Source: Candidatus Gallimonas merdigallinarum
GTDB lineage: Bacteria; Bacillota; Clostridia; Christensenellales; Borkfalkiaceae
NCBI GenBank assembly: GCA_944346365.1
Contig: CALVMN010000004.1
Location: 3,135 to 67,134 of the forward strand
Direction of reading: 5' to 3'
Length of the DNA: 64,000 nucleotides
The notes beneath the pieces were generated by a model. It was not told where the DNA came from. It searched no databases and was given only the letters and a program-made list of their open reading frames with translations. Numbering within the stretch: position 1 is the first letter of the stretch; each line of letters opens with the position of its first letter. Position numbers and translations under genes: made by a program. This document shows positions 26,893 through 35,314 of this stretch, piece by piece.

Positions 26893-27534
26893 ATGAATCT
26901 CATTCTACTCGGCGCGCCCGGCGCAGGCAAGGGCACGCAGGCGACCAAGATCGCGGAGCGCTACGGGCTTACGCACATCTCTACGGGAGACATCTTCCGC
27001 GCCAACATCAAGAACAGTACCAAGATCGGACTGCTCGCCAAGTCGTATATCGACAAGGGCGAACTCGTCCCCGACGAAGTCACCTGCGAGATCGTGCGTG
27101 ACCGTCTTACGTGGGAGGACTGCAAGAAGGGCTACCTTCTCGACGGATTTCCCCGCAACCTCTTCCAGGCGGAAGAGCTGAACAAGTTCGCGCACATTGA
27201 CGGCGTCGTCAACATCAACATTGACTTCAAACTGCTCATGGACCGTCTCTGCGGCAGAAGAGTATGCAAGGAGTGCGGCGAGAGCTATCACGTCAGCACG
27301 CTGAACGGCAATACGACGTGCGCGCGCTGCGGCGGCGAACTGTATCAGAGAAAAGACGACAACCCCGAAACGGTGGAGAGCCGTCTCAGAGTTTACGAGG
27401 AGCAGACCGCGCCTCTCATCGATTACTACACCAAGCAGGGCATTATCCTCAATGTCACGGGAACGGAAGCTCCCGCGGAGGTGCTCTTCGAGCAAGTGAA
27501 GGTCCTTCTCGACGACCTTGCGAAAAGGGTATGA
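26893..27534 (+). CDS. adk: Adenylate kinase (zinc-lid type)
   Basis: MNLILLGAPGAGKGTQA P-loop. The lid has CKECG...CARCG. Confidence 0.97.
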   Translation: MNLILLGAPGAGKGTQATKIAERYGLTHISTGDIFRANIKNSTKIGLLAKSYIDKGELVPDEVTCEIVRDRLTWEDCKKGYLLDGFPRNLFQAEELNKFAHIDGVVNINIDFKLLMDRLCGRRVCKECGESYHVSTLNGNTTCARCGGELYQRKDDNPETVESRLRVYEEQTAPLIDYYTKQGIILNVTGTEAPAEVLFEQVKVLLDDLAKRV

Positions 27535-28274
27535 TCCCCGTTAAGACGGAAGAAGAGATCGAACTCCTTCGCGAGCCTTGCAGGATCGTGAAGGAGTGTC
27601 TCGCCTTCGTCGGCGAACATATCCGCGCCGGAATGACGACCAAAGAGGTGGACGATCTCGTCTATCGCTTTATCAAGGCAGAGGGCGCCGAACCGAGCTG
27701 TCTGGGATATTACGGGTATCCCGCGTCGGCCTGCGTCTCCGTCAACGAGGTCGTCGTCCACGGCATTCCCGACGGCAGGGTCATTTGCGAGGGCGACATC
27801 GTCAGCGTCGATCTGTGCGCATATAAGAACGGTTTCCACGGCGACGGCGCGCGCACCTTCTGCATCGGCGAGGTGAGCGAAGAGAAGAAAAAACTCGTCC
27901 GCGTGACGGAGGAGTGTTTCTTCAAGGGCGTCGAGGGGCTGAAAGCGGGAACTCCGCTCTACGACATCGGCTACCGCGTACAAAAGCACGCGGAAAGCAA
28001 CGGATTCTCTGTTATCCGCGCATACACGGGGCACGGCATCGGGCGCGAGATGCACGAAGATCCCGCCGTGCTCAATTACGGGCGCAAGGGAACGGGCGTG
28101 CGGCTCCCCGCGAACGCGGTCATCTGCATCGAGCCGATGATCGCCGCAGGAAATTGGCGCGTGCAGGTGCAGGACGACGGCTGGACGGCGGTCACGACCG
28201 ACGGAAAGCCCGCGGCGCACTACGAGAACACCGTTGTCATCCGCGAAAACGGTGTGGAAATTCTCACCCTGTAA
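27531..28274 (+). CDS. map: Type I methionine aminopeptidase
   Basis: [20 protein letters not shown]... ATGA overlap with the adk stop. The upstream part of ORF 27264.. overlaps adk and is rejected. Confidence 0.95.
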   Translation: MIPVKTEEEIELLREPCRIVKECLAFVGEHIRAGMTTKEVDDLVYRFIKAEGAEPSCLGYYGYPASACVSVNEVVVHGIPDGRVICEGDIVSVDLCAYKNGFHGDGARTFCIGEVSEEKKKLVRVTEECFFKGVEGLKAGTPLYDIGYRVQKHAESNGFSVIRAYTGHGIGREMHEDPAVLNYGRKGTGVRLPANAVICIEPMIAAGNWRVQVQDDGWTAVTTDGKPAAHYENTVVIRENGVEILTL

Positions 28275-28290
28275 GGGAAAGGTAGGAGTT

Positions 28291-28512
28291 ATGTCCAAAG
28301 ACGACGTCATCGAGACGGAAGGGAAGGTCATCGAGGCGCTTCCCAATGCAACGTTCAAAGTCAGGCTTTCCAACGGGCACGTCATCACGGCGTACATCTC
28401 GGGGAAGCTGAGAATGAACTATATCCGCATCATCGAAGGGGACACGGTCAAGCTGGAAATGAGCCCGTACGATCTGACGAAGGGGCGGATTACGTGGCGC
28501 AGCAAGTCCTGA
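28291..28512 (+). CDS. infA: Translation initiation factor IF-1
   Basis: [47 protein letters not shown]... Confidence 0.97.
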   Translation: MSKDDVIETEGKVIEALPNATFKVRLSNGHVITAYISGKLRMNYIRIIEGDTVKLEMSPYDLTKGRITWRSKS

Positions 28513-28634
28513 TTTTTTTCAGCAAATATTTCTCGTGTAATACTGTGTCGCGTTTACGCACGCCTCGGTCATTTACCGCTCAGTAAACTCCCGTCGGCGT
28601 TTGCGCACGCTCCTTGTCTTACACGGAACTATTC

Positions 28635-28717
28635 GCCGAAAGAGTGTCGGCTGGCTTGAAACTTCGGTCCAAAAATACAGACGACGAAAGGGTGTCGGTC
28701 GGCTGAAAACTTCGGAT
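28635..28717 (+). repeat. Tandem ~47-nt hairpin-forming repeat pair in the infA-rpmJ spacer
   Basis: Unit 1 is GCCGAAAGAGTGTCGGCTGGCTTGAAACTTCGGTCC. Unit 2 is GACGAAAGGGTGTCGGTCGGCTGAAAACTTCGGATC. Confidence 0.7.
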
Positions 28718-28804
28718 CGGTAAGGATCGCGCCGAGAAGCGCCGCATTCAATCAGATCGGAACAGCATTGTTTATAACATTACGCTTTGTAAGGAGAACA
28801 AAAA

Positions 28805-28921
28805 ATGAAAGTACGTCCGTCCGTCAAGCCCATGTGCGATAAGTGCAAGGTCATCAAAAGAAACGGCAAAGTCATGGTCATCTGCTCGAAGGATAAGAGC
28901 CACAAGCAGAGACAGGGCTGA
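28805..28921 (+). CDS. rpmJ: 50S ribosomal protein L36 (zinc-binding form)
   Basis: Not in the ORF track (38 aa). My translation is [48 protein letters not shown]. Confidence 0.93.
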   Translation: MKVRPSVKPMCDKCKVIKRNGKVMVICSKDKSHKQRQG

Positions 28922-28939
28922 AATACAGATGAAAAATGG

Positions 28940-28969
28940 TTGACAGACCGCGCGCAAGTATGTTATAAT
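28940..28969 (+). promoter_or_regulatory. Internal near-consensus promoter upstream of rpsM (alpha operon)
   Basis: TTGACA (28940-28945), 18 nt, TGt-TATAAT (-10 at 28964-28969). Confidence 0.6.
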
Positions 28970-29171
28970 ACTTCACGCGGTTTAGGTCAAACCGCCAAAT
29001 TTGAGCGAAGAATAAGCGGATTTCCGTGCGGAACAGCACAGGAAGTCGGCTTGTTTTGCGCGTTTCAGGCGAAAATACACGGCTTTTTTGCGGAAATATT
29101 TTCCACTGTTTCCGAAAAATGTCCGTTTCCGATACAATTATTTTACCGAAAAAATCACGGAGGAATATTTC

Positions 29172-29540
29172 ATGGCACGTATTGCCGGTGTGGATTTACC
29201 CAGAGAGAAAAGGGTTGAAATCGGCCTTACCTACATTTACGGGATCGGTCTTACCACGTCCAAGAAAATTCTCGCCGCTACGGGGATCAATCCCGACACG
29301 CGCGTGAAGGATCTCGACGAGAACGACGTTTCCAAACTGAGAGAATACATCGACCACAACTACATGGTGGAAGGTGAACTTCGCGGGGCGGTCAGCCTCA
29401 ACATCAAGCGCCTGATGGAAATCGGGTGCTACCGCGGCGTGCGCCACAGAAAGGGGCTTCCCGTCCGCGGGCAGAGCACCAAGCGCAACGCAAGAACGAG
29501 AAAAGGTCCCCGCCGTACGGTGGCGAACAAGAAGAAGTAA
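29172..29540 (+). CDS. rpsM: 30S ribosomal protein S13
   Basis: [26 protein letters not shown]... GGAGGA SD. The upstream part of ORF 29088.. is rejected. Confidence 0.97.
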   Translation: MARIAGVDLPREKRVEIGLTYIYGIGLTTSKKILAATGINPDTRVKDLDENDVSKLREYIDHNYMVEGELRGAVSLNIKRLMEIGCYRGVRHRKGLPVRGQSTKRNARTRKGPRRTVANKKK

Positions 29541-29552
29541 GGAGAGTGCGAT

Positions 29553-29951
29553 ATGGCAGCAGATAAGAGAAAGGTCGTTTCGCGCAAACGCAAAGAACTT
29601 AAAAAGGTAGATAAAGGACAGGTTCACATTCAGTCCACCTTCAACAATACGCTCGTCACCATTACGGATACGAACGGCAACGCGATCTCCTGGTCGAGCG
29701 CAGGTTCGCTCGGGTTCCGCGGCTCGCGCAAGGGTACGCCGTTCGCTGCGCAGATGGCAGCCGAGACGGCGGCAAAGGCAGCGAAGGAGCACGGTCTCCG
29801 TTCCGTCGAAGTGTACGTGAAGGGTCCCGGCGCGGGCAGAGAGTCTGCGATCCGTGCGCTGGCGAACTGCGAATTGGAGGTAACGCTCATCTCCGACGTG
29901 TCGCCCATCCCGCACAACGGATGCCGTCCCCCCAAGCGCAGAAGAGTGTAA
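29553..29951 (+). CDS. rpsK: 30S ribosomal protein S11
   Basis: Family match ([19 protein letters not shown]). Confidence 0.98.
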   Translation: MAADKRKVVSRKRKELKKVDKGQVHIQSTFNNTLVTITDTNGNAISWSSAGSLGFRGSRKGTPFAAQMAAETAAKAAKEHGLRSVEVYVKGPGAGRESAIRALANCELEVTLISDVSPIPHNGCRPPKRRRV

Positions 29952-29966
29952 GGCAAGGAGAGATTC

Positions 29967-30557
29967 ATGGCTATCAATAAATATCATAAATTGAAGAGAT
30001 GCAGATTCCTCGAAATCGATCCCGCGAGCATCGGCTGCTACAAGAAGTCGAACAGAACGTCGGGCAGAAAGTCGAGAAAGGTTTCCGAGTACGGCTTGCA
30101 GCTTCGCGAGAAGCAGAGAGCGAAGTTCATCTACTGCGTCAGCGAGAAGCAGTTCAGAAAGTACTACGACATGGCGGACCGCATGAAGGGCATCACGGGT
30201 GAGAATATGCTCTCCCTGCTCGAAAGAAGGCTCGACAACGTCGTGTACAGAATGGGCTTTGCGGCGACCCGCCTTCAGGCGCGTCAGCTCGTCAGCCACG
30301 CACACTTCTCCGTCAACGGCAAGAAAGTCGATATCCCTTCCTACATCGTGAAGGAGGGCGACGTGATCGCCGTTCGCGAGAACAGAGCAAAGAACAAGTA
30401 TTTTGAACAGGTCAAGGCGGCGAAGGCTGCAAATCTCCCCAAGTGGTTGGAGTCTGACCTCGAAAAATTGGAGGGTAAGGTGCTCGCGCTTCCCAAGCGG
30501 GAAGATATCGACAGTCAGATCGCGGAGCATATGATCGTCGAATTGTACTCCAAGTAA
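29967..30557 (+). CDS. rpsD: 30S ribosomal protein S4
   Basis: [17 protein letters not shown] and the S4 domain [27 protein letters not shown]. Confidence 0.96.
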   Translation: MAINKYHKLKRCRFLEIDPASIGCYKKSNRTSGRKSRKVSEYGLQLREKQRAKFIYCVSEKQFRKYYDMADRMKGITGENMLSLLERRLDNVVYRMGFAATRLQARQLVSHAHFSVNGKKVDIPSYIVKEGDVIAVRENRAKNKYFEQVKAAKAANLPKWLESDLEKLEGKVLALPKREDIDSQIAEHMIVELYSK

Positions 30558-30579
30558 TCAAATTAAGGAGGGTAGCTTT

Positions 30580-31533
30580 ATGATCGAAATGGATATGCCC
30601 AAGATCGAGGTCGTTGAAAACGACGAGAAATCTTACGCAAAGATCGTTGTTGAACCGCTCGAAAAGGGATTCGGTCTTACGATAGGCAACTGTTTGAGAA
30701 GAATTTTGCTCTCGGCGCTCCCGGGCGCAGCCGCGCAGGGCATCAAGTTCATGGACGGAACCGTCAAGCACGAGTTCTCCGCGCTGCCCGGCGTCAAAGA
30801 GGACGTCACCGAAATCATTCTCAACTTAAAGCTCCTTGCGATCAAGACAAGAGTCACCGATAAGGATTATACAAAGACGCTTCGCCTCGTCAAAGAGGGG
30901 CCCGCCGTGATCACCGCGGCGGACATCTCGCAGGATTCCGAGGTGGAGATCATCAATTCCAACCAGTACATCTGCACGGTGGACGAGGGCGGAAAGATCG
31001 ATATGGAGATCACGATCGGGCGCGGCAGAGGGTACAAGCCTGCCAAGGAAAACAAACAGCCCGTCATCGATTACATTCCCATCGATTCCATCTATACGCC
31101 CGTTCAGAAGGTCAACTACAACGTCGAGCCTGCGCGCGTCGGTCAGAACATTGACTATGACAAGCTCACGCTCGAAGTCTGGACGAACGGCACCTTCTCG
31201 GGCAGAGAGATCGTCTCGCTCGCCGCGAAGATCATGCAGGATCACATCAACTTGTTCGTCAATCTCTCGGATACCATCAAGGATATGGATATCCTCGTCA
31301 AGACGGACGACGACAAACAGCAGCAGATCCTCTCCATGAAGATCGAGGACATGGACTTCTCCGTCCGTTCCTACAACTGTTTGAAGAGAGCCAACATTCA
31401 CACCGTGGAAGACCTTATCCGCAAGACGGAGGACGAAATGCTCAAAGTGCGTAACTTGGGCAAGAAGTCGCTCGACGAAGTCATGCAGAAGCTGGAAGCA
31501 TACGGTCTTTCGCTCGAAAAAAAGGAGGATTAA
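30580..31533 (+). CDS. rpoA: DNA-directed RNA polymerase subunit alpha
   Basis: GFGLTIGNCLRRILLSALPGAA and the C-terminal domain SVRSYNCLKRANIHTVEDL. Confidence 0.98.
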   Translation: MIEMDMPKIEVVENDEKSYAKIVVEPLEKGFGLTIGNCLRRILLSALPGAAAQGIKFMDGTVKHEFSALPGVKEDVTEIILNLKLLAIKTRVTDKDYTKTLRLVKEGPAVITAADISQDSEVEIINSNQYICTVDEGGKIDMEITIGRGRGYKPAKENKQPVIDYIPIDSIYTPVQKVNYNVEPARVGQNIDYDKLTLEVWTNGTFSGREIVSLAAKIMQDHINLFVNLSDTIKDMDILVKTDDDKQQQILSMKIEDMDFSVRSYNCLKRANIHTVEDLIRKTEDEMLKVRNLGKKSLDEVMQKLEAYGLSLEKKED

Positions 31534-31536
31534 ATT

Positions 31537-32043
31537 ATGCCGGGTAAATTGGGCAGAACGACGGAGCAGCGCCTTGCAATTATGCGCAATCAGGCGTCCC
31601 AGCTTCTTTGGTACGGCAGGATCGAAACGACGGTTTCCCGCGCGAAGGAGCTTCGCTCCTATGTGGAGAAACTGATCACGAAGGCGATCAATTCCTACGA
31701 CGACGTTATCGAGTACGAAGTCGTGACGAAGGATAAAAAGGGCAAGGAGATCAAGACGACCGCGATCAAAGATGGTCCCAAGCGCCTTGCCGCACGCCGC
31801 GCCATCATGGCAAAGACGTACGATCTTCAAGAGATCAAGGCTTTCAACGAGAAGAAGAGCGACTATAAAAAGCGCACGGCAGCCGTGCAGCATCCTTTGA
31901 TGGAGAAGCTCTTCAACGAGATCGCTCCCAAGTACGCACAGCGCAAGGAAGAGATCGGTCAGGGCGGCGGATATACCCGCATCTACCTGCTCGGTCAGCG
32001 CCGCGGCGACGGTGCCGAACAGGCAGTCATCGAGCTTGTTTGA
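31537..32043 (+). CDS. rplQ: 50S ribosomal protein L17 with a large internal insertion
   Basis: The N-terminus GKLGRTTEQRLAIMRNQASQLL and C-terminus GGYTRIYLLGQRRGDGAEQAVIELV are canonical. 168 aa in total. Confidence 0.95.
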   Translation: MPGKLGRTTEQRLAIMRNQASQLLWYGRIETTVSRAKELRSYVEKLITKAINSYDDVIEYEVVTKDKKGKEIKTTAIKDGPKRLAARRAIMAKTYDLQEIKAFNEKKSDYKKRTAAVQHPLMEKLFNEIAPKYAQRKEEIGQGGGYTRIYLLGQRRGDGAEQAVIELV

Positions 32044-32051
32044 TTGCATTT

Positions 32052-32090
32052 AAAAAATCCGCTGTAAAAACAGCGGATTTTTTCTTTTGT
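32052..32090 (+). terminator. Rho-independent terminator of the ribosomal supercluster
   Basis: AAAAAATCCGCTG-TAAAAA-CAGCGGATTTTTTCTTTTG. Confidence 0.9.
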
Positions 32091-32190
32091 GCCGTGCCGC
32101 AGTTTCTGATTGTCTTTGCGTGCATTGCGTTTTCTTGCTTCCGCGTTTCCGTTTTCGGCAGTAAATGTATGGCGGGACGGAAATTATCAT

Positions 32191-32224
32191 GGGCGTACGG
32201 AATCATCCGAACGCCCCTGTTTTT
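32191..32224 (+). terminator. Second terminator-like hairpin about 110 nt downstream
   Basis: GGGCGTACGGA-ATCA-TCCGAACGCCC followed by CTGTTTTT. Confidence 0.5.
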
Positions 32225-32357
32225 ATAAAAGAAAGTGTGTAGCAAGCATATTGTATATTTTCAAATACATTTCTCGGATATATTCACAAAATATACGAAT
32301 TTTCGGCGTGGGAAGATGAAAATATACGTTTTCGGGGTGTAAATTTCCGTTCGCCTG

Positions 32358-32386
32358 TTGACTTGCGCGTTCATATATGATAAAAT
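32358..32386 (+). promoter_or_regulatory. Promoter of the ABC importer operon
   Basis: TTGACT (32358-63), 17 nt, TGa-TAAAAT (-10 at 32381-86). Confidence 0.55.
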
Positions 32387-32418
32387 AGTGAAAATGTTTT
32401 GTCGGAAGGAGAGAAATC

Positions 32419-33408
32419 GTGCTCAAACGAATTAAGAGCCTGCTTCTCACCGTCGTCATCTTCGGCGCGTGTATCACGGCGGTCGGGTTTGTCCCGCGGG
32501 ATACAGGCTACGATTATACCGTGGGCATCGTGCAGCTCGTGCGGCACAGCGCGCTCGACGCGGCGACGCAGGGCTTTACCGACTCGCTCACGGAGCGCAT
32601 ACAGGCGGCGGGCAAGACGGTGAAAATCGACTATCAGGACGCGCAGAACGAGACGGTCAACTGTTCTGTCATCGCCAATAATTTTGTGGCGAAGGAATAC
32701 GACCTCATCATGGCGAATGCCACCGCCGCGTTGCAGGCGTGCTACAACGCCACGGAGCAGATTCCCATTCTCGGAACGTCCGTCACGGTGTACGACGTCG
32801 CGCTCGGGCTGACGGATTACAACGCCGCCGAGGGGACGGGTACCAACGTGTCGGGAACGAGCGACCTCGCTCCGCTTGCGGAACAGGCGAACATGATCGC
32901 CGAACTCGTGCCGTCCGCGCGCAAGGTGGGGCTGCTGTACTGCTCATCCGAGGCAAATTCCCGCTATCAGGTGGAGGAAGTCGCGCGCTGTCTGGAAGAG
33001 ATGAATATGGGGTACGAGTGCGAATTTTATGCGTTTTCGGACTCCAACGACCTCAGCGCCGTCGTGGAGAAGATGGCGGCGGAGAGCGAAGTCGTGTACG
33101 TTCCGACGGATAACACCGTTGCCTCCAACACGCAGCTCATCAACAGCATTTGCAGCCGCGAGCGTATTCCCGTCGTCGCGGGAGAGGAGGGTATCTGTTC
33201 GGGCTGCGGCATTGCGACGCTCTCGATCAGCTACTACAACCTCGGCGTGCGGACGGCGGAGATCGCCGCGCGCATCCTGCTGGACGGCGAGTCCGTGGGG
33301 GATATTCCCATCGCCTACGACGATTCGCCCGTAAAAAAATATAACGCGGAAATCTGTGAGGAGCTTGGGATCGCCGTACCCGACGATTACGAGCCGATAG
33401 GAGGATAA
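32419..33408 (+). CDS. ABC transporter substrate-binding protein (COG2984-type, assignment from memory)
   Basis: GTG start after the GGAAGGAGAG SD. N-terminal anchor, then VGIVQLVRHSALDAATQGF...ANNFVAKEYDLIMANAT, typical of the ABC_sub_bind family. Confidence 0.8.
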   Translation: MLKRIKSLLLTVVIFGACITAVGFVPRDTGYDYTVGIVQLVRHSALDAATQGFTDSLTERIQAAGKTVKIDYQDAQNETVNCSVIANNFVAKEYDLIMANATAALQACYNATEQIPILGTSVTVYDVALGLTDYNAAEGTGTNVSGTSDLAPLAEQANMIAELVPSARKVGLLYCSSEANSRYQVEEVARCLEEMNMGYECEFYAFSDSNDLSAVVEKMAAESEVVYVPTDNTVASNTQLINSICSRERIPVVAGEEGICSGCGIATLSISYYNLGVRTAEIAARILLDGESVGDIPIAYDDSPVKKYNAEICEELGIAVPDDYEPIGG

Positions 33409-33409
33409 T

Positions 33410-34411
33410 ATGTTTTGGAGCGCTCTTCCCGGCGCGATCTCGCTCGGTCTCATCTGGGGACTGATGGCGATCGGCGTCTATATCACATACAAAGTGCTCG
33501 ATTTTGCCGATCTTACGGTGGACGGCTCGATCTGTACGGGCGGCGCGGTGTGCGCGGTGCTCATGGCTTCTGGCGTGAACGCGTGGGCGGCGATCATCGT
33601 GGCGATCATCGCGGGCGCGCTCGCGGGGCTGGTAACGGGTATTTTCCATACGCTCATGGGGATCCCCGCCATTCTCTCGGGCATTCTCACGCAGCTCATT
33701 CTCTGGTCGGTCAACCTCAAAATCATGGGGCAGGCAAATCAGGTCGTCGATTCGCGCGGGAGCTACGTCATCGTTTCGCAGCTCGACGCGGGCTGGTCCA
33801 TTCTCATCATGTTCGGATTCCTTGCCGTCATCATCGCGGCGCTGTATTGGTTCTTCGGAACGGAAGCTGGGTGCGGGATCCGCGCAACGGGCAACAACCC
33901 CAACATGAGCCGCGCGCAGGGCATCAACGTCAGCCTGAACAAGATCATCGGACTCATGATCTCCAACGCGCTCGTGGCGCTCGCAGGCGCGCTGCTGGCG
34001 CAGTATCAGGGCTTTGCGGATATCAACATGGGGCGCGGCGCGATCGTCATCGGGCTTGCCGCCGTCATCATCGGCGAGGCGATCGTCACGCGCATTTCGC
34101 GCAATTTCGCGGTGCAGCTCACGGGCGTTGTGCTGGGCGGCATCATCTACTATATCGTCTATCAGTTCGTCATCTGGCTGAATCTGGATACGGAATACCT
34201 CAAAATGTTCTCCGCGATCGTCGTCGCGATCTTCCTCGCCATTCCCTATTGGAAGAAACGCTATTTCGGCAAGTTCGCCAAAAAGCCGAAACAGCCGCCC
34301 GAAGGCGGCGGCGCGCTGCCCGCGGAAGGGGCGGTGACGGCGGAACAGCCGACCGCCGAGGCAGACCCGCCCGAGACGGCGCAGGCGGAAGGAGGTGCGG
34401 ATCATGTCTGA
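33410..34411 (+). CDS. ABC transporter permease (COG4120-type)
   Basis: LIWGLMAIGVYITYKVLDFADLTVDGS... is a BPD-type permease of the same uncharacterised importer family. Has a Pro/Ala/Glu-rich C-terminal tail. Confidence 0.85.
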   Translation: MFWSALPGAISLGLIWGLMAIGVYITYKVLDFADLTVDGSICTGGAVCAVLMASGVNAWAAIIVAIIAGALAGLVTGIFHTLMGIPAILSGILTQLILWSVNLKIMGQANQVVDSRGSYVIVSQLDAGWSILIMFGFLAVIIAALYWFFGTEAGCGIRATGNNPNMSRAQGINVSLNKIIGLMISNALVALAGALLAQYQGFADINMGRGAIVIGLAAVIIGEAIVTRISRNFAVQLTGVVLGGIIYYIVYQFVIWLNLDTEYLKMFSAIVVAIFLAIPYWKKRYFGKFAKKPKQPPEGGGALPAEGAVTAEQPTAEADPPETAQAEGGADHV

Positions 34412-35207
34412 AAAGCACATTCTTGAAATTCAGAACATCAGCAAGACGTTCAACCGCGGTTCCGTCAATGAAAAGGTCGCGCTCAAAGATTTCAGCCTGA
34501 CGGTGGAGGAGGGCGACTTCATCACCGTCATCGGCGGCAACGGCGCGGGCAAGAGCACGCTCATGAACGTCATCTGCGGCACATATCCCGTGGACGAAGG
34601 CAAGATCTTGCTCGGCGGGCATGACGTGACCCGTCTCCCCGAATACCGTCGCGCAAAGTATCTCGGGCGCGTCTTTCAGGATCCGATGATGGGGACTTCG
34701 CCCAACATGGAAATTCAGGAGAACCTCGCGCTTGCCTATCGGCGCGGCAAGGTGCGTTCGCTCATGCCGGGTATCCGCAAGAGCGAAAAGGAGTTCTACC
34801 GCGAACAGCTCGCCCGCCTCGGGCTTGGTCTGGAAGACAGAATGACGGCGAAAGCGGGGCTTTTGTCGGGCGGACAGCGGCAGTCGCTCACGCTGCTGAT
34901 GGCGACGCTGAAAAAGCCCGATCTGCTCCTTCTGGACGAACATACCGCGGCGCTCGACCCAAAGACGGCGGCGAAGGTGCTCGCTTTCACGGAGGAGATC
35001 GCGGCGGAAAACAAGCTCACCACCGTGATGATCACGCACAACATGATGGACGCGATCCGCTGCGGAAACCGCCTCATCATGATGCAGGAGGGGAAGATCA
35101 TTTACGACGTTGCGGGCGAAGAAAAGAAATCGCTGCGCGTCGAGGACCTGTTGGAACGCTTCCGCGCGTCCGCAGGCGAACTCAACGACAGAATGCTGCT
35201 CGGCTGA
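34404..35207 (+). CDS. ABC transporter ATP-binding protein (COG1101-type)
   Basis: MSEKHILEIQNISKTF..., Walker A GGNGAGKST, signature LSGGQRQ, Walker B LLLLDEHTAALD. 8-nt overlap with the permease. Confidence 0.9.
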   Translation: MSEKHILEIQNISKTFNRGSVNEKVALKDFSLTVEEGDFITVIGGNGAGKSTLMNVICGTYPVDEGKILLGGHDVTRLPEYRRAKYLGRVFQDPMMGTSPNMEIQENLALAYRRGKVRSLMPGIRKSEKEFYREQLARLGLGLEDRMTAKAGLLSGGQRQSLTLLMATLKKPDLLLLDEHTAALDPKTAAKVLAFTEEIAAENKLTTVMITHNMMDAIRCGNRLIMMQEGKIIYDVAGEEKKSLRVEDLLERFRASAGELNDRMLLG

Positions 35208-35210
35208 AAG

Positions 35211-35236
35211 AAAAGGACGGAAATCCGTCCTTTTTC
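35211..35236 (+). terminator. Rho-independent terminator
   Basis: AAAAGGACGG-AAAT-CCGTCCTTTTT. Confidence 0.85.
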
Positions 35237-35248
35237 CGTGCGCCGCGA

Positions 35249-35277
35249 TTGCCTTTTTGCAGAAAGCGTGCTATAAT
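35249..35277 (+). promoter_or_regulatory. Promoter of the aminopeptidase gene
   Basis: TTGCCT (35249-54), 17 nt, TGc-TATAAT (-10 at 35272-77). Confidence 0.55.
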
Positions 35278-35314
35278 AGGGGCGAAATTCAGACGAATAA
35301 AAAAGGAGTATACC

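Noticed and set aside
28619-28747. 42-aa minus-strand ORF in the infA-rpmJ spacer with a repeated RSF(Q/K)P(T/A)DTLS peptide
   Set aside because: The repeat differences fall at first and third codon positions only, which briefly suggested coding. However, there is no SD, it is antisense within a highly expressed operon, and the repeats fold as hairpins. An RNA-level explanation is preferred.
27264-29171. Upstream extensions of ORFs 27264..28274 (map), 28234..28512 (infA) and 29088..29540 (rpsM)
   Set aside because: The extensions overlap preceding genes or spacers and lack SD sites. Canonical N-termini with good SDs are found at 27531, 28291 and 29172.
32040-32228. 62-aa hydrophobic ORF downstream of rplQ (possible small toxin)
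   Set aside because: It starts at a non-ATG codon overlapping the rplQ stop and reads straight through the rplQ terminator hairpin. It has no SD.
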